From Promethearchaeota archaeon (lineage in GTDB: Archaea; Asgardarchaeota; Heimdallarchaeia; Hodarchaeales; Hodarchaeaceae): 64,000 nt of DNA. Shown here in pieces: positions 10,125-20,600 of this stretch. The notes below the pieces were generated by a model. It worked only from the letters and a program-made list of their open reading frames with translations. It had not been told where the DNA came from and ran no database searches. The translations under genes and the position numbers were made by a program. Location of the stretch: assembly GCA_048938105.1 (NCBI GenBank), contig JBHLMN010000007.1, positions 1 to 64,000 on the forward strand, in the 5' to 3' direction. Position 1 is the first letter of the stretch; every line of letters begins with the position of its first letter.

Positions 10125-10616
10125 TCATCTTTTACGTAGATTCACGATAATTAAAACTACTCCAATAACAAAGAACATACCAACAATGAGGACTTTGAGT
10201 ATGTCCCACCAAACAACATCAGTGAAAATACTTTCAAAAAAATTCCCAATAGCATTACCAAAGGTATCACCCCAATTACCAAAAAATTCACCTATATCAG
10301 AACCTAAATTTCCCATAGTTTCGCCAAAACCACCAGCAAGGTTACCAATCGTTGTACCGAAGTCACTAAAAAGCACAGGCCAAAATATCGCAATAGCGAT
10401 TATTAGACTAATGAATATGAATACAGCACCCACTGCAATCCCAGGTGCGGTTTCATGTTCTTCACCAAAACATAATAGATCTTGATCAGCTGCACGTCGT
10501 TTAGTAGGAACAAACTCCACCTGGTCTTTTGTAGCAGGAATGGTAATTTGAGAACCACATTGACGACAGAATTTTGCATCTGGTTCATTTTCATGTCCAC
10601 ATTTCATGCATTCCAC
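10125..10616 (-). CDS. Zinc-ribbon membrane protein with Gly-rich 11-mer repeats
   Basis: CxxCG.EN...AKFCxxCG N-terminus, LCFGE motif and two TM helices. Confidence 0.75.
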   Translation of the reverse strand: MECMKCGHENEPDAKFCRQCGSQITIPATKDQVEFVPTKRRAADQDLLCFGEEHETAPGIAVGAVFIFISLIIAIAIFWPVLFSDFGTTIGNLAGGFGETMGNLGSDIGEFFGNWGDTFGNAIGNFFESIFTDVVWWDILKVLIVGMFFVIGVVLIIVNLRKR

Positions 10617-10620
10617 TTCA

Positions 10621-11007
10621 TTAACCTCCTTGATTTCCTTTTCTGATGGCTTGAATTATCATGATCAATCCAATGATGAAGAAGCCAAAAACTAGTAAGT
10701 ATTCTATTTGGAAAAAAGGGATCAACTTATCAAGATCGAAGAATAGTACCGCTAAAAAGAGTCCTATGCAAATAAAGATGATACCACCAATCCAGGGGTT
10801 TTCTTCACGTTGTTCTCCAAAACACAGGAAATCTTCCTCTCTTTTACGAGCGTATTGGGGGGTTCTAGATGGGGGAGGAACATCAACAGGTACTTTTTGA
10901 GGCAATAATTGTTGTCCACATTTAGGACAGAACGCTGCATTATCTTCTACTTGATTACCACAATTATCACAATACATATGTCTTATTCTCCTAATTTCTT
11001 CTGACAA
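10621..11007 (-). CDS. Zinc-ribbon membrane protein (paralogue of the adjacent gene)
   Basis: CDNCG...AAFCPKCG, LCFGE motif and two TM helices. Confidence 0.75.
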   Translation of the reverse strand: MSEEIRRIRHMYCDNCGNQVEDNAAFCPKCGQQLLPQKVPVDVPPPSRTPQYARKREEDFLCFGEQREENPWIGGIIFICIGLFLAVLFFDLDKLIPFFQIEYLLVFGFFIIGLIMIIQAIRKGNQGG

Positions 11008-11112
11008 TCAATGTGATTTTTAATAGTCTGTATATGGGGTTATATTCTTTCCCCCTGTATTAAAAGGTTTAAAACGCGGAGGATAGAATGGTTACACAGG
11101 TCTTTCTAGGAG

Positions 11113-11853
11113 ATGTGTTGGAAGTTAATGCCTTTACCATACAAAATAATTGAAAAAAGTGGAACAAATGACCTAACCAAATATTTAACGGTAGTCCATC
11201 AGGCTCAAGGAGCTTTTGATAAGACAATTGTTCCGTTATTTGATGGGATTTTACAAGGTTACGAATCATATATGAAGGCTGTTTCAAATCGGGAATTGGA
11301 TATCAATTATCACAATCCAATGATTCATACTCAAAAAAGCGAGTACGCGCTTTACATGCTTCTCATTGAATATTCTAACCAGATAATGAGATCAGCGTTT
11401 GAGGCAGCTCCTACGAAAGTGGTAGTTCTACCAAGATGTTTGACTGGCCCTAAATTCGATCTTCTCGAGGTGAAACGAACCAAAATTGGTTGGCATCGCA
11501 TTACAGGGTGTAATAACAGTTCTAGTTGCCTTGGATGGGAACTTACCAAACTTGGAAGTCAACATAACTTTGAAGTTTATATCACCATGGGCAATCGCTT
11601 TAAAGAACCAAACTTCTTACGAGTTTTCCGAAACCTACGGAAAAAGTTTGGCCATTTTGGTCTTATTGCAGTAGCATGTCTACCTGAGCTCGCATTGGGG
11701 CGGACATATGTCATGGAAATGGGAATCCCAACACAAGCAGTACCATTATTTTATTCAGGTTGTGCAAAATGGCATGGAGTTACAGAAGCAGTATCAACAA
11801 GATTTCCATTAAACTATGTCCTTCAATTGCTACAACTTGATTTTAAAAAATAG
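11113..11853 (+). CDS. DUF116-family Cys-rich protein
   Basis: VVLPRCL, C....C, LIAVAC..EL and GIP.QAVPL...GC pattern. Confidence 0.65.
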   Translation: MCWKLMPLPYKIIEKSGTNDLTKYLTVVHQAQGAFDKTIVPLFDGILQGYESYMKAVSNRELDINYHNPMIHTQKSEYALYMLLIEYSNQIMRSAFEAAPTKVVVLPRCLTGPKFDLLEVKRTKIGWHRITGCNNSSSCLGWELTKLGSQHNFEVYITMGNRFKEPNFLRVFRNLRKKFGHFGLIAVACLPELALGRTYVMEMGIPTQAVPLFYSGCAKWHGVTEAVSTRFPLNYVLQLLQLDFKK

Positions 11854-11898
11854 CCTCTTAAAGGAAGATATCCAATTATATCTTGATTGTGAAGAAAA

Positions 11899-12687
11899 TT
11901 GAACGACCATATCACCCAACTCTCTCTTAATCTACCTATTCTCCAAAACCAGTTAAATAAACAGCTTGAAAAAAATATGATTCTTCTCCTTGGGAATTGT
12001 ACAGCATTCTTCGATGGAAGGATTAAATCACGATTCACAGAAGGTGATCGGGTTCTCATAATCAAAAAAGATCTTTCTATCTTATTACATGGTTCTTCTG
12101 GGGTTAAACCTATTCAATGGCAATTAGCAGGAGCAGGAAAGGTTTCATTCAATATTTTTGATGATCATCTCCGAATGGAAACATATCGCCCTAAGACAGA
12201 TGAAAGTTTCTTTATTACTTTCAATGAAGTTTATCTAGCACTTTCTTATAAAACTCTTGAGGTGGCAGAAACTGCCTCAATAATGATTGGTCATGAAAAG
12301 GATTTTGTTGATTATCTTGTGAATAATCCAGATATTATCGAACAAGATTTGCAAATAATTAAATCAGAAAAAGAGATAGACGTTGGTATCATCGATATTT
12401 GGGCAATAGATGCATCGGATACCTTTGTAGTTATTGAAGTAAAGAAGTCATCAGCAACTCCAGCAGATGCTCATCAACTTAGAAGATATGTTGATTTTTT
12501 CCAAGAAAAAGGTCAAAAAGTAAGGGGCATCTTGGTAGCTACAAAATTACCAAGAAAAGTCAAGAAATACTTGAAAGATTTAAATTTAGAGTCATGCTTA
12601 GTACCTTGGCGGGAGGTTTTTCCAACAATTTCTAGACCATCGTCTATCTCACAATCAAAAAGATTGGATGAGTTTTTTGATCTGTAG
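11899..12687 (+). CDS. nucS: Endonuclease NucS/EndoMS
   Basis: GDRVLIIK.D.S.L.H...G.KP..WQ N-domain; E.D...Y, IDI...D, VVIEVK and QL.RY RecB-like nuclease motifs; C-terminal PIP-like LDEFF. Confidence 0.9.
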   Translation: MNDHITQLSLNLPILQNQLNKQLEKNMILLLGNCTAFFDGRIKSRFTEGDRVLIIKKDLSILLHGSSGVKPIQWQLAGAGKVSFNIFDDHLRMETYRPKTDESFFITFNEVYLALSYKTLEVAETASIMIGHEKDFVDYLVNNPDIIEQDLQIIKSEKEIDVGIIDIWAIDASDTFVVIEVKKSSATPADAHQLRRYVDFFQEKGQKVRGILVATKLPRKVKKYLKDLNLESCLVPWREVFPTISRPSSISQSKRLDEFFDL

Positions 12688-12997
12688 TTATTGAAACATA
12701 AGTTAGGATTTTGGGGAGTAGAATGATTTTATTTGATCCAACTACCTTATGATCTTCCACAACATAACCTCAAATTCCACACAATAAATATTAAAGCTCA
12801 ATGTTGAACTAGAGTAGGATCAAATTAGAAGATACACCTCTCGCTTTAATTTAATATTTTCTTGAACTTCACTATCTCGTTTGATATATCATTCGGATGA
12901 GGGTTTAAAATTCCCTTACGCTGTAAATCAGCAATTAATTGACTTTTATTCGTGGTAGAGGAGAAAATTTGCCTATTGTTTAAGGATTGAACAAGAA

Positions 12998-15900
12998 ATG
13001 AAAATGAAATTTAAAAACCGCATAAATATTCTATTGGTTGTTATTGGTATTCTAGTAGTTTTCTTTTTACCAAATTGTATTAGATACAATATGAACGAAA
13101 AAGGAATCCAAAATTTTTCCAGTCCGACTTATAGAATTCAAGACATCCCTGTTGGATGGATTTATGAAAGTATATTGACAATTAATCCTGTTACTCCAGT
13201 AGCTGATTATCAAGTGAAGGTTATTCTCAATCCATATAACTTTAATTATGCAAAAGCAAATTCTGATGGAAGTGATCTTCGCTTTTATGATTCATTGGAT
13301 AATAAATTGAGTTATTGGCTAGAAACCTGGAATGCTGGTGGAGAATCAATCCTATGGGCAAAAGTACCTGCTGCTGGGACATCTACCCTCCATTTGTACT
13401 ATGGCAATCCTGCTGCTGTCTCTGAGAGTAATGGAGATGCTACATTCCTATTTTTTGATGATTTCTCTGGAAGTAGTATCAATACGAGTAAATGGAATAG
13501 TGAAGGTGATGCATATTCCACTGTTTCTGTTGCTGGGGGTATTGTAACATTAACATCCACTTCTGCCACCCAATATAACAGTCACGGTGTTTCTATTGGC
13601 TTTTCTGACTATGTTATTAATCATGGTGTCGTTTATGGAACAACATCAACTAAATCGCTTGTATTCAATAATGATTGTTGTGCTTCCTACAATAAAACTA
13701 TTAGTACGCTTTATGGATATGATACAAGGACTGTAAATGCTGTTCCTTATGAAAGTTGGTTCCTTGGGGAAATCCGCTGGCTTGATAGTCATTTAGTTGA
13801 GTTTCACAATGGGACTACTTCCATGATAAAAGACCAAAGTATACCCAGCGGTCCTCTTACTGCGCAATTAACTGCTAGAATGGCTGATTTCCCAAACGGC
13901 TATCATTTTGGGGCAATGGCTACTTCAGTAGTACCGTGGGGACAAAGTGATAGGGCTTGTAGATTTTTCAGTTGGAATCGTTATCCATCTGATGATTATA
14001 ATCAATTAAAATGTGATTGGTTTCTTATTCGTACTTGTAGTCCTGTTGAACCAGTAGTAACAGTTGACGATATTTTTAAGAGCATTATAATCCTAGATCG
14101 AGCTACACCTGAAGCAGATTACCAAGTTAAGGTTCAATTGGATCCTAGCACTTTTGATTATTCAAAGACCTATCCAGGGGGGCGTGATATTCGCTTTGTT
14201 GATGATAATTATAATTCCATGAACTATTGGATTCAATCTTGGAATTCTTCAGGAACTTCTACTATTTGGGTGAAGATTCCGACTACCGGAACATCCATTT
14301 TCAATATGTATTATGGTGATTCAAATGCGATTTCAGAGAGTAATGGTGAAACAACTTTTCTATTTTTTGACGACTTCTTGGGTATTAGCTTAAATCCTAT
14401 AAAATGGTGGAACCGAACTGATACTTATAGCACATTAACAGTAGCAGGTAGTACAGTTACTGTATATACTGACACTCCTAATACTTTCAATGCTGGTTCC
14501 TCCTTAGGATTTAGTGATTTTGAGGTTGATTGGCCTCGCCAAACTTTTGGGGAAAATATGACAAATGGATTATCATTTGGTATACTGAGCCGTGGTGATA
14601 AAGTTTACACTAAAAGTACATCACTGGGTATTTTAGAGAACTATGTCGTCCCTCAACGGACTTGGTTTAATGGTGAGATTCGTTGGCTTTCTGATTCACT
14701 AGTTCAATATGACAATGAATCCACGGTTCTTACCCATACGAATAGCACAGCAATACCAGATGGATCATATGAAGTAAGAATTCTGACTCACGCTGGAAGA
14801 GCTGGTGATGGTGATGGCTGGGGAGCGGAAATGCGGTCAATTGGAACATTTGGACAGATAGGAAGAGCATTACACTCCCGTTCTTATCATGATTATCAAT
14901 ATGATGGTACAGATAAAACTTCGATAGCAGTTGATTGGGTTTTTGTCCGAAAATGCAATATTCAAGAACCAAAAGCCTTCATTGATCCTATCCCCACAAT
15001 ATCATCTCCTGAAAGCACTACATATTTTGCTTCAATGGACGGTTATTTTACTAGTCCATATGCAATGTCTAAGAACACAGAAAGTTGGCTTTTTAATATA
15101 CCTGATGGTAGTGGGTTTATTAAACTGGAAGCAGAACTTGATGGCCATAAAAACGTTGTTCAAATGCGAAAAGCTGGGGGTGGTACACGAGCAGCTCTTT
15201 TTAAGTATTTCACTTCCAATGTCACCAAAGGTATTGTTGAATTCTGGTTCTATAAAGACACTGCTGCTAATCTAGATGCGACAAAATTTGCCCTAACAGG
15301 TTATAACCAAACAGGTCATATTGCTATTCTTGAATTTGGTGTTGAGGATGGGGATCTTTATGCCAATCGATGGGCTGATCGAGTAATTGTAGGTGATAAC
15401 GTTGTTACACCAAACACCTGGCACCATGTGCAAATTGATTTTGACATTTCCCAAGGAGGCTATCAGGTTGTGTTTGATGGTGTCCTTTATGGGAGTGGTT
15501 ACGCCTATACATTCTACAACACACCTACACATTTCTCCTATTTCTCAACAGGAACCCATTGGTCAGCTTGTCATCCGAATTATGGGTCATGGTTTGATGC
15601 ATTTGGTTTCAACTTTGAGTGTGGATATGAGGTAGGAGCAAATCTTAATGAAGGTTTACTGCTTAAATACTCTTTCCCCACTATTCTTTATACAGTTTAT
15701 AAATATCCAATCAACTGGATGGGATATGCTGTTAACAATGATCCTATTCTTACAGCTCATGGAAATGCTGTTATTCCTATGACTGACAATGGTAATCATG
15801 ATATCCAAGTTTTCTGTTCTGACATTAAAGGTAATTGGTATTCCTCTAGTAGTGTACCGTTCCAATCTGTGATATCAGTTCCGACCATAACTGGTCCCAA

Positions 15901-17656
15901 TGATTTCGCTATGAATTTTGGTGAAACTGGATATTCTATCTTGTGGTCTGTTTCAGATCCCTATCCAGCCAATTACACTGTTTATCAAAATGAAACTGCT
16001 ATTAAAACAGGTAATTGGACTGATTCTGTTATCATCTCACTTGATGGACTTGAAGAGGGTATTTATAATTTTACTTTGATCTGTAGTAATTTAGGGGGAG
16101 CAATTGCTACTGACGAAGTATGGGTTACTGTTTTACCAGGTGCACCTGACATTACACCTCCGATTATTTCTTCTCCTGATGATATAACATTTGAAGAAGG
16201 GAGTATCGGCTATTCAATCACTTGGGAAGCATTTGATGATCGGGCTCCCTGGTGGGCGATTGTTACTCGAGATAGTACATTGATTTATAGTCAAATGTGG
16301 ATAGGAAATGATATTCAAATATCTTTGGACGGACTTTCTGAGGGAACATACCTATTTAACTGCACAATTGAAGATGAAGCGGGTAATAAAGCATTTGATA
16401 TCGTTTTTGTAACTATTTTACCTTTTGTTCCTGATATTGACGCTCCAAATGTCATTTCTCCTGGATCACTTATCTATGAAGTTGGATCAGAAGGTAATGC
16501 ATTGAATTGGTCTTGCTTTGATGCCCATCCCTATGCTTATCAAATCTCGAAGGATGGTGACATCCAAAAATATGCTCCTTGGCATGGAGAAAACATATCC
16601 TTTAACGTCGATGGATTACCAATTGGTACATATCTATATAACCTGACTCTATGGGATCTCTCGGGCAATTCCGTTTTTGATACCGTTCTAGTTGTTGTCA
16701 TTCCACCAGTGCCTGATACAACTCCCCCAACGATCAGCCAGCCCGCAGATCTAGTCTTTACTGAAAATATGCGTGGTACAATTACATGGGAAGTTTTTGA
16801 TGAGCATCCTAGGGTGTGTGTCATTTATAGAAATGGTACAGTTGTCTATTCACAAGGTTATTGGTCATCTGGTATAATACAGTATTCCTTTGTTTCTCTC
16901 TCTCTCGGTACTTGGGAATTCACACTCACAGTTTGGGATGAAGCAGGTAACAGTGCCTCAAGTGATGCTCTTGTTAAAATCCTACCCGGAAGTATTTACG
17001 ATTTCACACCACCTGAAATCTCGCATCATGCTGATCTTGATATTATTTATGGTAGTACGGGAAACACTCTTGTTTTCTATTTATTTGATCAGCATCCCGA
17101 AGGTTATCAAATATTTATTGGAACTGTACTTCTCTCTGAACATCTTTGGTCTACCCCCAATATTGGTGTCAATGTTTCAGTTGATGGATTAGCAATTGGC
17201 TCGTATACAATCAAAATTTTTGCTTGGGACATCTATGATAACAATGCAACTATGCTAGTCGGTGTAACAGTTAGTGGAGACCTTACCCCTCCAGAAATAA
17301 CTCCTTTAGCAGATCTTAATGTACAAGAAGGGGCTGTTGAAGTGACATGGGTTGCGTCAGACGCTGCACCAGCTAGCTATCAGATAGTTGACCTTACGGA
17401 CGGTAGTATCCTTGACGATGGATCTTGGGATGGTGATGATATCGTCTACGAATGGGATTCATTAGAAGTAGGTGAATACTACCTTCGCTGTATAGTCTAT
17501 GATGTTTCTGGGAATTTTGCAATGGACGACGTTAAAATCACCGTAGTAAAAGCTCAAAGTGCACCTGGATTTGATTATATAACACTAGGAATGACTATAC
17601 TTGTGCTAATTGTGTTTAGGGCCTTTTTTGCATCTAAAAGGAGGTTTAAGAGATGA
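12998..17656 (+). CDS. Large cell-surface protein: two DUF2341 domains, a lectin/LamG-like region, Ig-like repeats and a PGF-CTERM-like anchor
   Basis: N-terminal signal/TM; two DG.D(L/I)RF...YW...WN....IW.K.P....YYG modules; repeated D.AGN Ig units; C-terminal APGF + TM + basic tail. Confidence 0.85.
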   Translation: MKMKFKNRINILLVVIGILVVFFLPNCIRYNMNEKGIQNFSSPTYRIQDIPVGWIYESILTINPVTPVADYQVKVILNPYNFNYAKANSDGSDLRFYDSLDNKLSYWLETWNAGGESILWAKVPAAGTSTLHLYYGNPAAVSESNGDATFLFFDDFSGSSINTSKWNSEGDAYSTVSVAGGIVTLTSTSATQYNSHGVSIGFSDYVINHGVVYGTTSTKSLVFNNDCCASYNKTISTLYGYDTRTVNAVPYESWFLGEIRWLDSHLVEFHNGTTSMIKDQSIPSGPLTAQLTARMADFPNGYHFGAMATSVVPWGQSDRACRFFSWNRYPSDDYNQLKCDWFLIRTCSPVEPVVTVDDIFKSIIILDRATPEADYQVKVQLDPSTFDYSKTYPGGRDIRFVDDNYNSMNYWIQSWNSSGTSTIWVKIPTTGTSIFNMYYGDSNAISESNGETTFLFFDDFLGISLNPIKWWNRTDTYSTLTVAGSTVTVYTDTPNTFNAGSSLGFSDFEVDWPRQTFGENMTNGLSFGILSRGDKVYTKSTSLGILENYVVPQRTWFNGEIRWLSDSLVQYDNESTVLTHTNSTAIPDGSYEVRILTHAGRAGDGDGWGAEMRSIGTFGQIGRALHSRSYHDYQYDGTDKTSIAVDWVFVRKCNIQEPKAFIDPIPTISSPESTTYFASMDGYFTSPYAMSKNTESWLFNIPDGSGFIKLEAELDGHKNVVQMRKAGGGTRAALFKYFTSNVTKGIVEFWFYKDTAANLDATKFALTGYNQTGHIAILEFGVEDGDLYANRWADRVIVGDNVVTPNTWHHVQIDFDISQGGYQVVFDGVLYGSGYAYTFYNTPTHFSYFSTGTHWSACHPNYGSWFDAFGFNFECGYEVGANLNEGLLLKYSFPTILYTVYKYPINWMGYAVNNDPILTAHGNAVIPMTDNGNHDIQVFCSDIKGNWYSSSSVPFQSVISVPTITGPNDFAMNFGETGYSILWSVSDPYPANYTVYQNETAIKTGNWTDSVIISLDGLEEGIYNFTLICSNLGGAIATDEVWVTVLPGAPDITPPIISSPDDITFEEGSIGYSITWEAFDDRAPWWAIVTRDSTLIYSQMWIGNDIQISLDGLSEGTYLFNCTIEDEAGNKAFDIVFVTILPFVPDIDAPNVISPGSLIYEVGSEGNALNWSCFDAHPYAYQISKDGDIQKYAPWHGENISFNVDGLPIGTYLYNLTLWDLSGNSVFDTVLVVVIPPVPDTTPPTISQPADLVFTENMRGTITWEVFDEHPRVCVIYRNGTVVYSQGYWSSGIIQYSFVSLSLGTWEFTLTVWDEAGNSASSDALVKILPGSIYDFTPPEISHHADLDIIYGSTGNTLVFYLFDQHPEGYQIFIGTVLLSEHLWSTPNIGVNVSVDGLAIGSYTIKIFAWDIYDNNATMLVGVTVSGDLTPPEITPLADLNVQEGAVEVTWVASDAAPASYQIVDLTDGSILDDGSWDGDDIVYEWDSLEVGEYYLRCIVYDVSGNFAMDDVKITVVKAQSAPGFDYITLGMTILVLIVFRAFFASKRRFKR

Positions 17657-20600
17657 ATATTTCACTAAAAGAATATAGAATCAAAATAATTTCAATAATT
17701 TTGATCTTTCTTATTGGCTATTCTAGTGTTGCTATTATAAATGCTGATTCCCAATCACGGTTACTCCAAATCTCTAATCAAGAATTCACTAAAGAATCAG
17801 AAGAAATAATGCATCATATGCAAGAAAGTATCAAAAATGATCTAAACCAACAGATTTTTCCGTCAGAAGTGTCAATGCCACTATCACCCGAAGAATTTTC
17901 TGGTATAGCAAGGACACTGGAAAAAAATCTCTATGATAGCTGGATAGCTTCACCAGAGTATTCATCATTCTCTCAAGAAACTATTGAAGGCTGGGAAGTA
18001 ACCAAGGAACAAACTCCTGATAAAGCTACATTAGTACTAAAAACAAATTACCATGATGGCGATTATATAGAAAAAACTGTTTTTTCTCAACGACCGGTTA
18101 TAACAGTTTTACATTTTAATGATTCTTTATTCGAAAATATTTCTGTTCCAGTCTTACCCAAGACTGAAATACCAGAAGATTTTGTCCCTGAATACACAAC
18201 AACTACCTACAGAGTTGATTTTGGAATTGATCTACCTGGTGTCAATATTGACAAAAGTGTTAAGTATACGCACAAGATTTTTGGTATAAACCAATGGAAA
18301 GTTAAGGCTTGGTTTAAATTTAATTTCAAAGTTACACTTACATTTCCTATAGACTTAGTAATTACACATCCTAAGAGGATTTTCGAAGGACATGAATATG
18401 AATTTTCATGTAAAGTAAATCCTGTAAATATAGAAGATTTTAATGAGTATGAATTAACTTGTCAAGCAGATTACGGGTATTCAAGACATCGTTGGAAACA
18501 TTATAGTAGTTGTACAAAGAAATGTTGGATTTTCTGCTGTCCAGGAAAACGTAAAAGTTGGTGGGATTGGAGTTGTACAGATTATTATCGCAAGACCCCA
18601 GGTTTTTCAAAGACAAAATCATTTACAACTCCTCTTGGAGGCGACAAGATATCTTTTGAGTTACCAAAAGTGACACTAGCTAAGTTAGGCGGCATTTTCG
18701 GAGACCTTATCACATTTTCTGTAAGCCTCGGAAAAACTGAACTAACAGGTGAATCCGTAACAGGATTGATGATAATATCACCTGAGCTCTGGAATTCTCG
18801 TTTAATTAGTTGGAATGCAGCAGGGCAGACTGAGTCAACGTCTTTCACAGTTTTGAGTCATTTGATAACACCAAGTATCGATTTTGCAATAACTGGACTT
18901 ACTTACTGGTTGAGTAAAATAACATTTAAGCCATATATAGAACTCAAGTTTGGTGGGCTTCTTTTCTTCCTAGGAACTATAACATGGTATCTAGGTGAAA
19001 TTCCCATTGAGTGCCCATTCCCGATCTATACAACTAACTGGTTTAGCAGTAGTATCAGTGTTACAGAAGATTATTCAGCCATATATGACTTCGACATGTC
19101 AATTACAAAAGTTCAAGACCTTGCCCCTTCACCTTTTGGTCCATACCAAAAATTCGAGATTGATCTCACCAATTCCAATTTAAAACCTGATCAATCTGAT
19201 ACTATAGAACTAGAGGTCTTGGGATTACCCAAGGGGTTCCGTTATGAATTTGATTTGGATCCTGCACTTTATAAACTCTCAGGAGAAACTCAAGTTGACC
19301 CCAGTGAGTTCACTGTTGAATATGGTGGTGAACCAGGAGGTATTTCATCACTTTTTACTCCTAATCCTAATCCATTTGGAGTTGCCGGTCAAACTAAAGC
19401 AACATTAATTATCTATGGACCTGAATTAACTGATGCACCTCCAGGGGACTGGTCGTTTACTATAAATGCTACATCTCTGCAGAGTGTTCAGTATGAACTA
19501 CCTGACCCCTTCATTACTCAAACAGCAGTATTAACCGTTCCAGAAACATATGGTGTTGATCTTGAGTTTGCTCCACAACTTTATGATGGAATGAGGGTTA
19601 ATCAGGGTGACCATGTAGCCATTGGGTTTTCAGGTCAGAATTTAGGAAATGTTAATGACATTATTAATGTTACTGCACGATTAAACACAGGAATAGCCAA
19701 CCATACGTGGTCAGAAGAGTTTATTGTAAATCCTTATGGTTCAGAACCTGACAACCACTTCTTAGGTGCATTTTCTTTTGTTTTTGATCGCTCTGATGTT
19801 TTCCCTGATCCAGGATTGTATGAATTTGAATTATCAGCTAATAGTTCACATACACCCTATTTTGATAAACAAAAAACCCTAATTCTTAATTTTTCAGAAG
19901 CTTACGGTGTTGAGGCATCCATAACTCCCGAAACTACCACAGTTTTCGCTAATTGGGAGACTAATTTCACTTTCAGCTTCAACAACACAGGAAATGTGAA
20001 TGATAGTTTTATCATTGATACTGTAGGATGGGATGATTATCTAACCTATCCACAAATCATTGAAAATGTCAGTCCAATGGAACAGCAGGATGTCATTATT
20101 ACACTTAGAATCTCTGATCCTGATATCGTTACCCCAGATACTTATAATTTTGGAATCATTGTAACCTCGGTAAAAAGTGGTGCTAATTTAGTATTCTCTG
20201 CCTGTGAGGTTAGTATTGCTATTCTCGAACCTGATAGGGTTGCCCCAGGTATTTATTTCCATGAACCCAAATATCTTCTAGACCAATATATTTATCCTGA
20301 ACTCAACTATCGTAGAGACCAATATATTTATCCAGAGTCACCAATAACACATAATTTCGCTTGGCGAGCTGTAGATGAATATCCAAATAGTTATACTGTT
20401 TACATTAATGGTCTAGAATTTGACACTGGATCTTGGACAAACGAAACAGTGGTTAATGTTCCAGTTACAGGAACGAATCCCTTAGTAGTTGGTGTGTATA
20501 ATATAACGATAGCTTTCACTGACATTAGTAATAATGTTGCAGAAGATCAAATTTTGCTTGAGATTGTACCCCAAGATACAGCTAATCCCATTATTACTTA

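Noticed and set aside
12860-12990. Small stems upstream of the surface-protein operon as a possible riboswitch
   Set aside because: No match to the fluoride, TPP or FMN consensus; only 4-5-bp stems.
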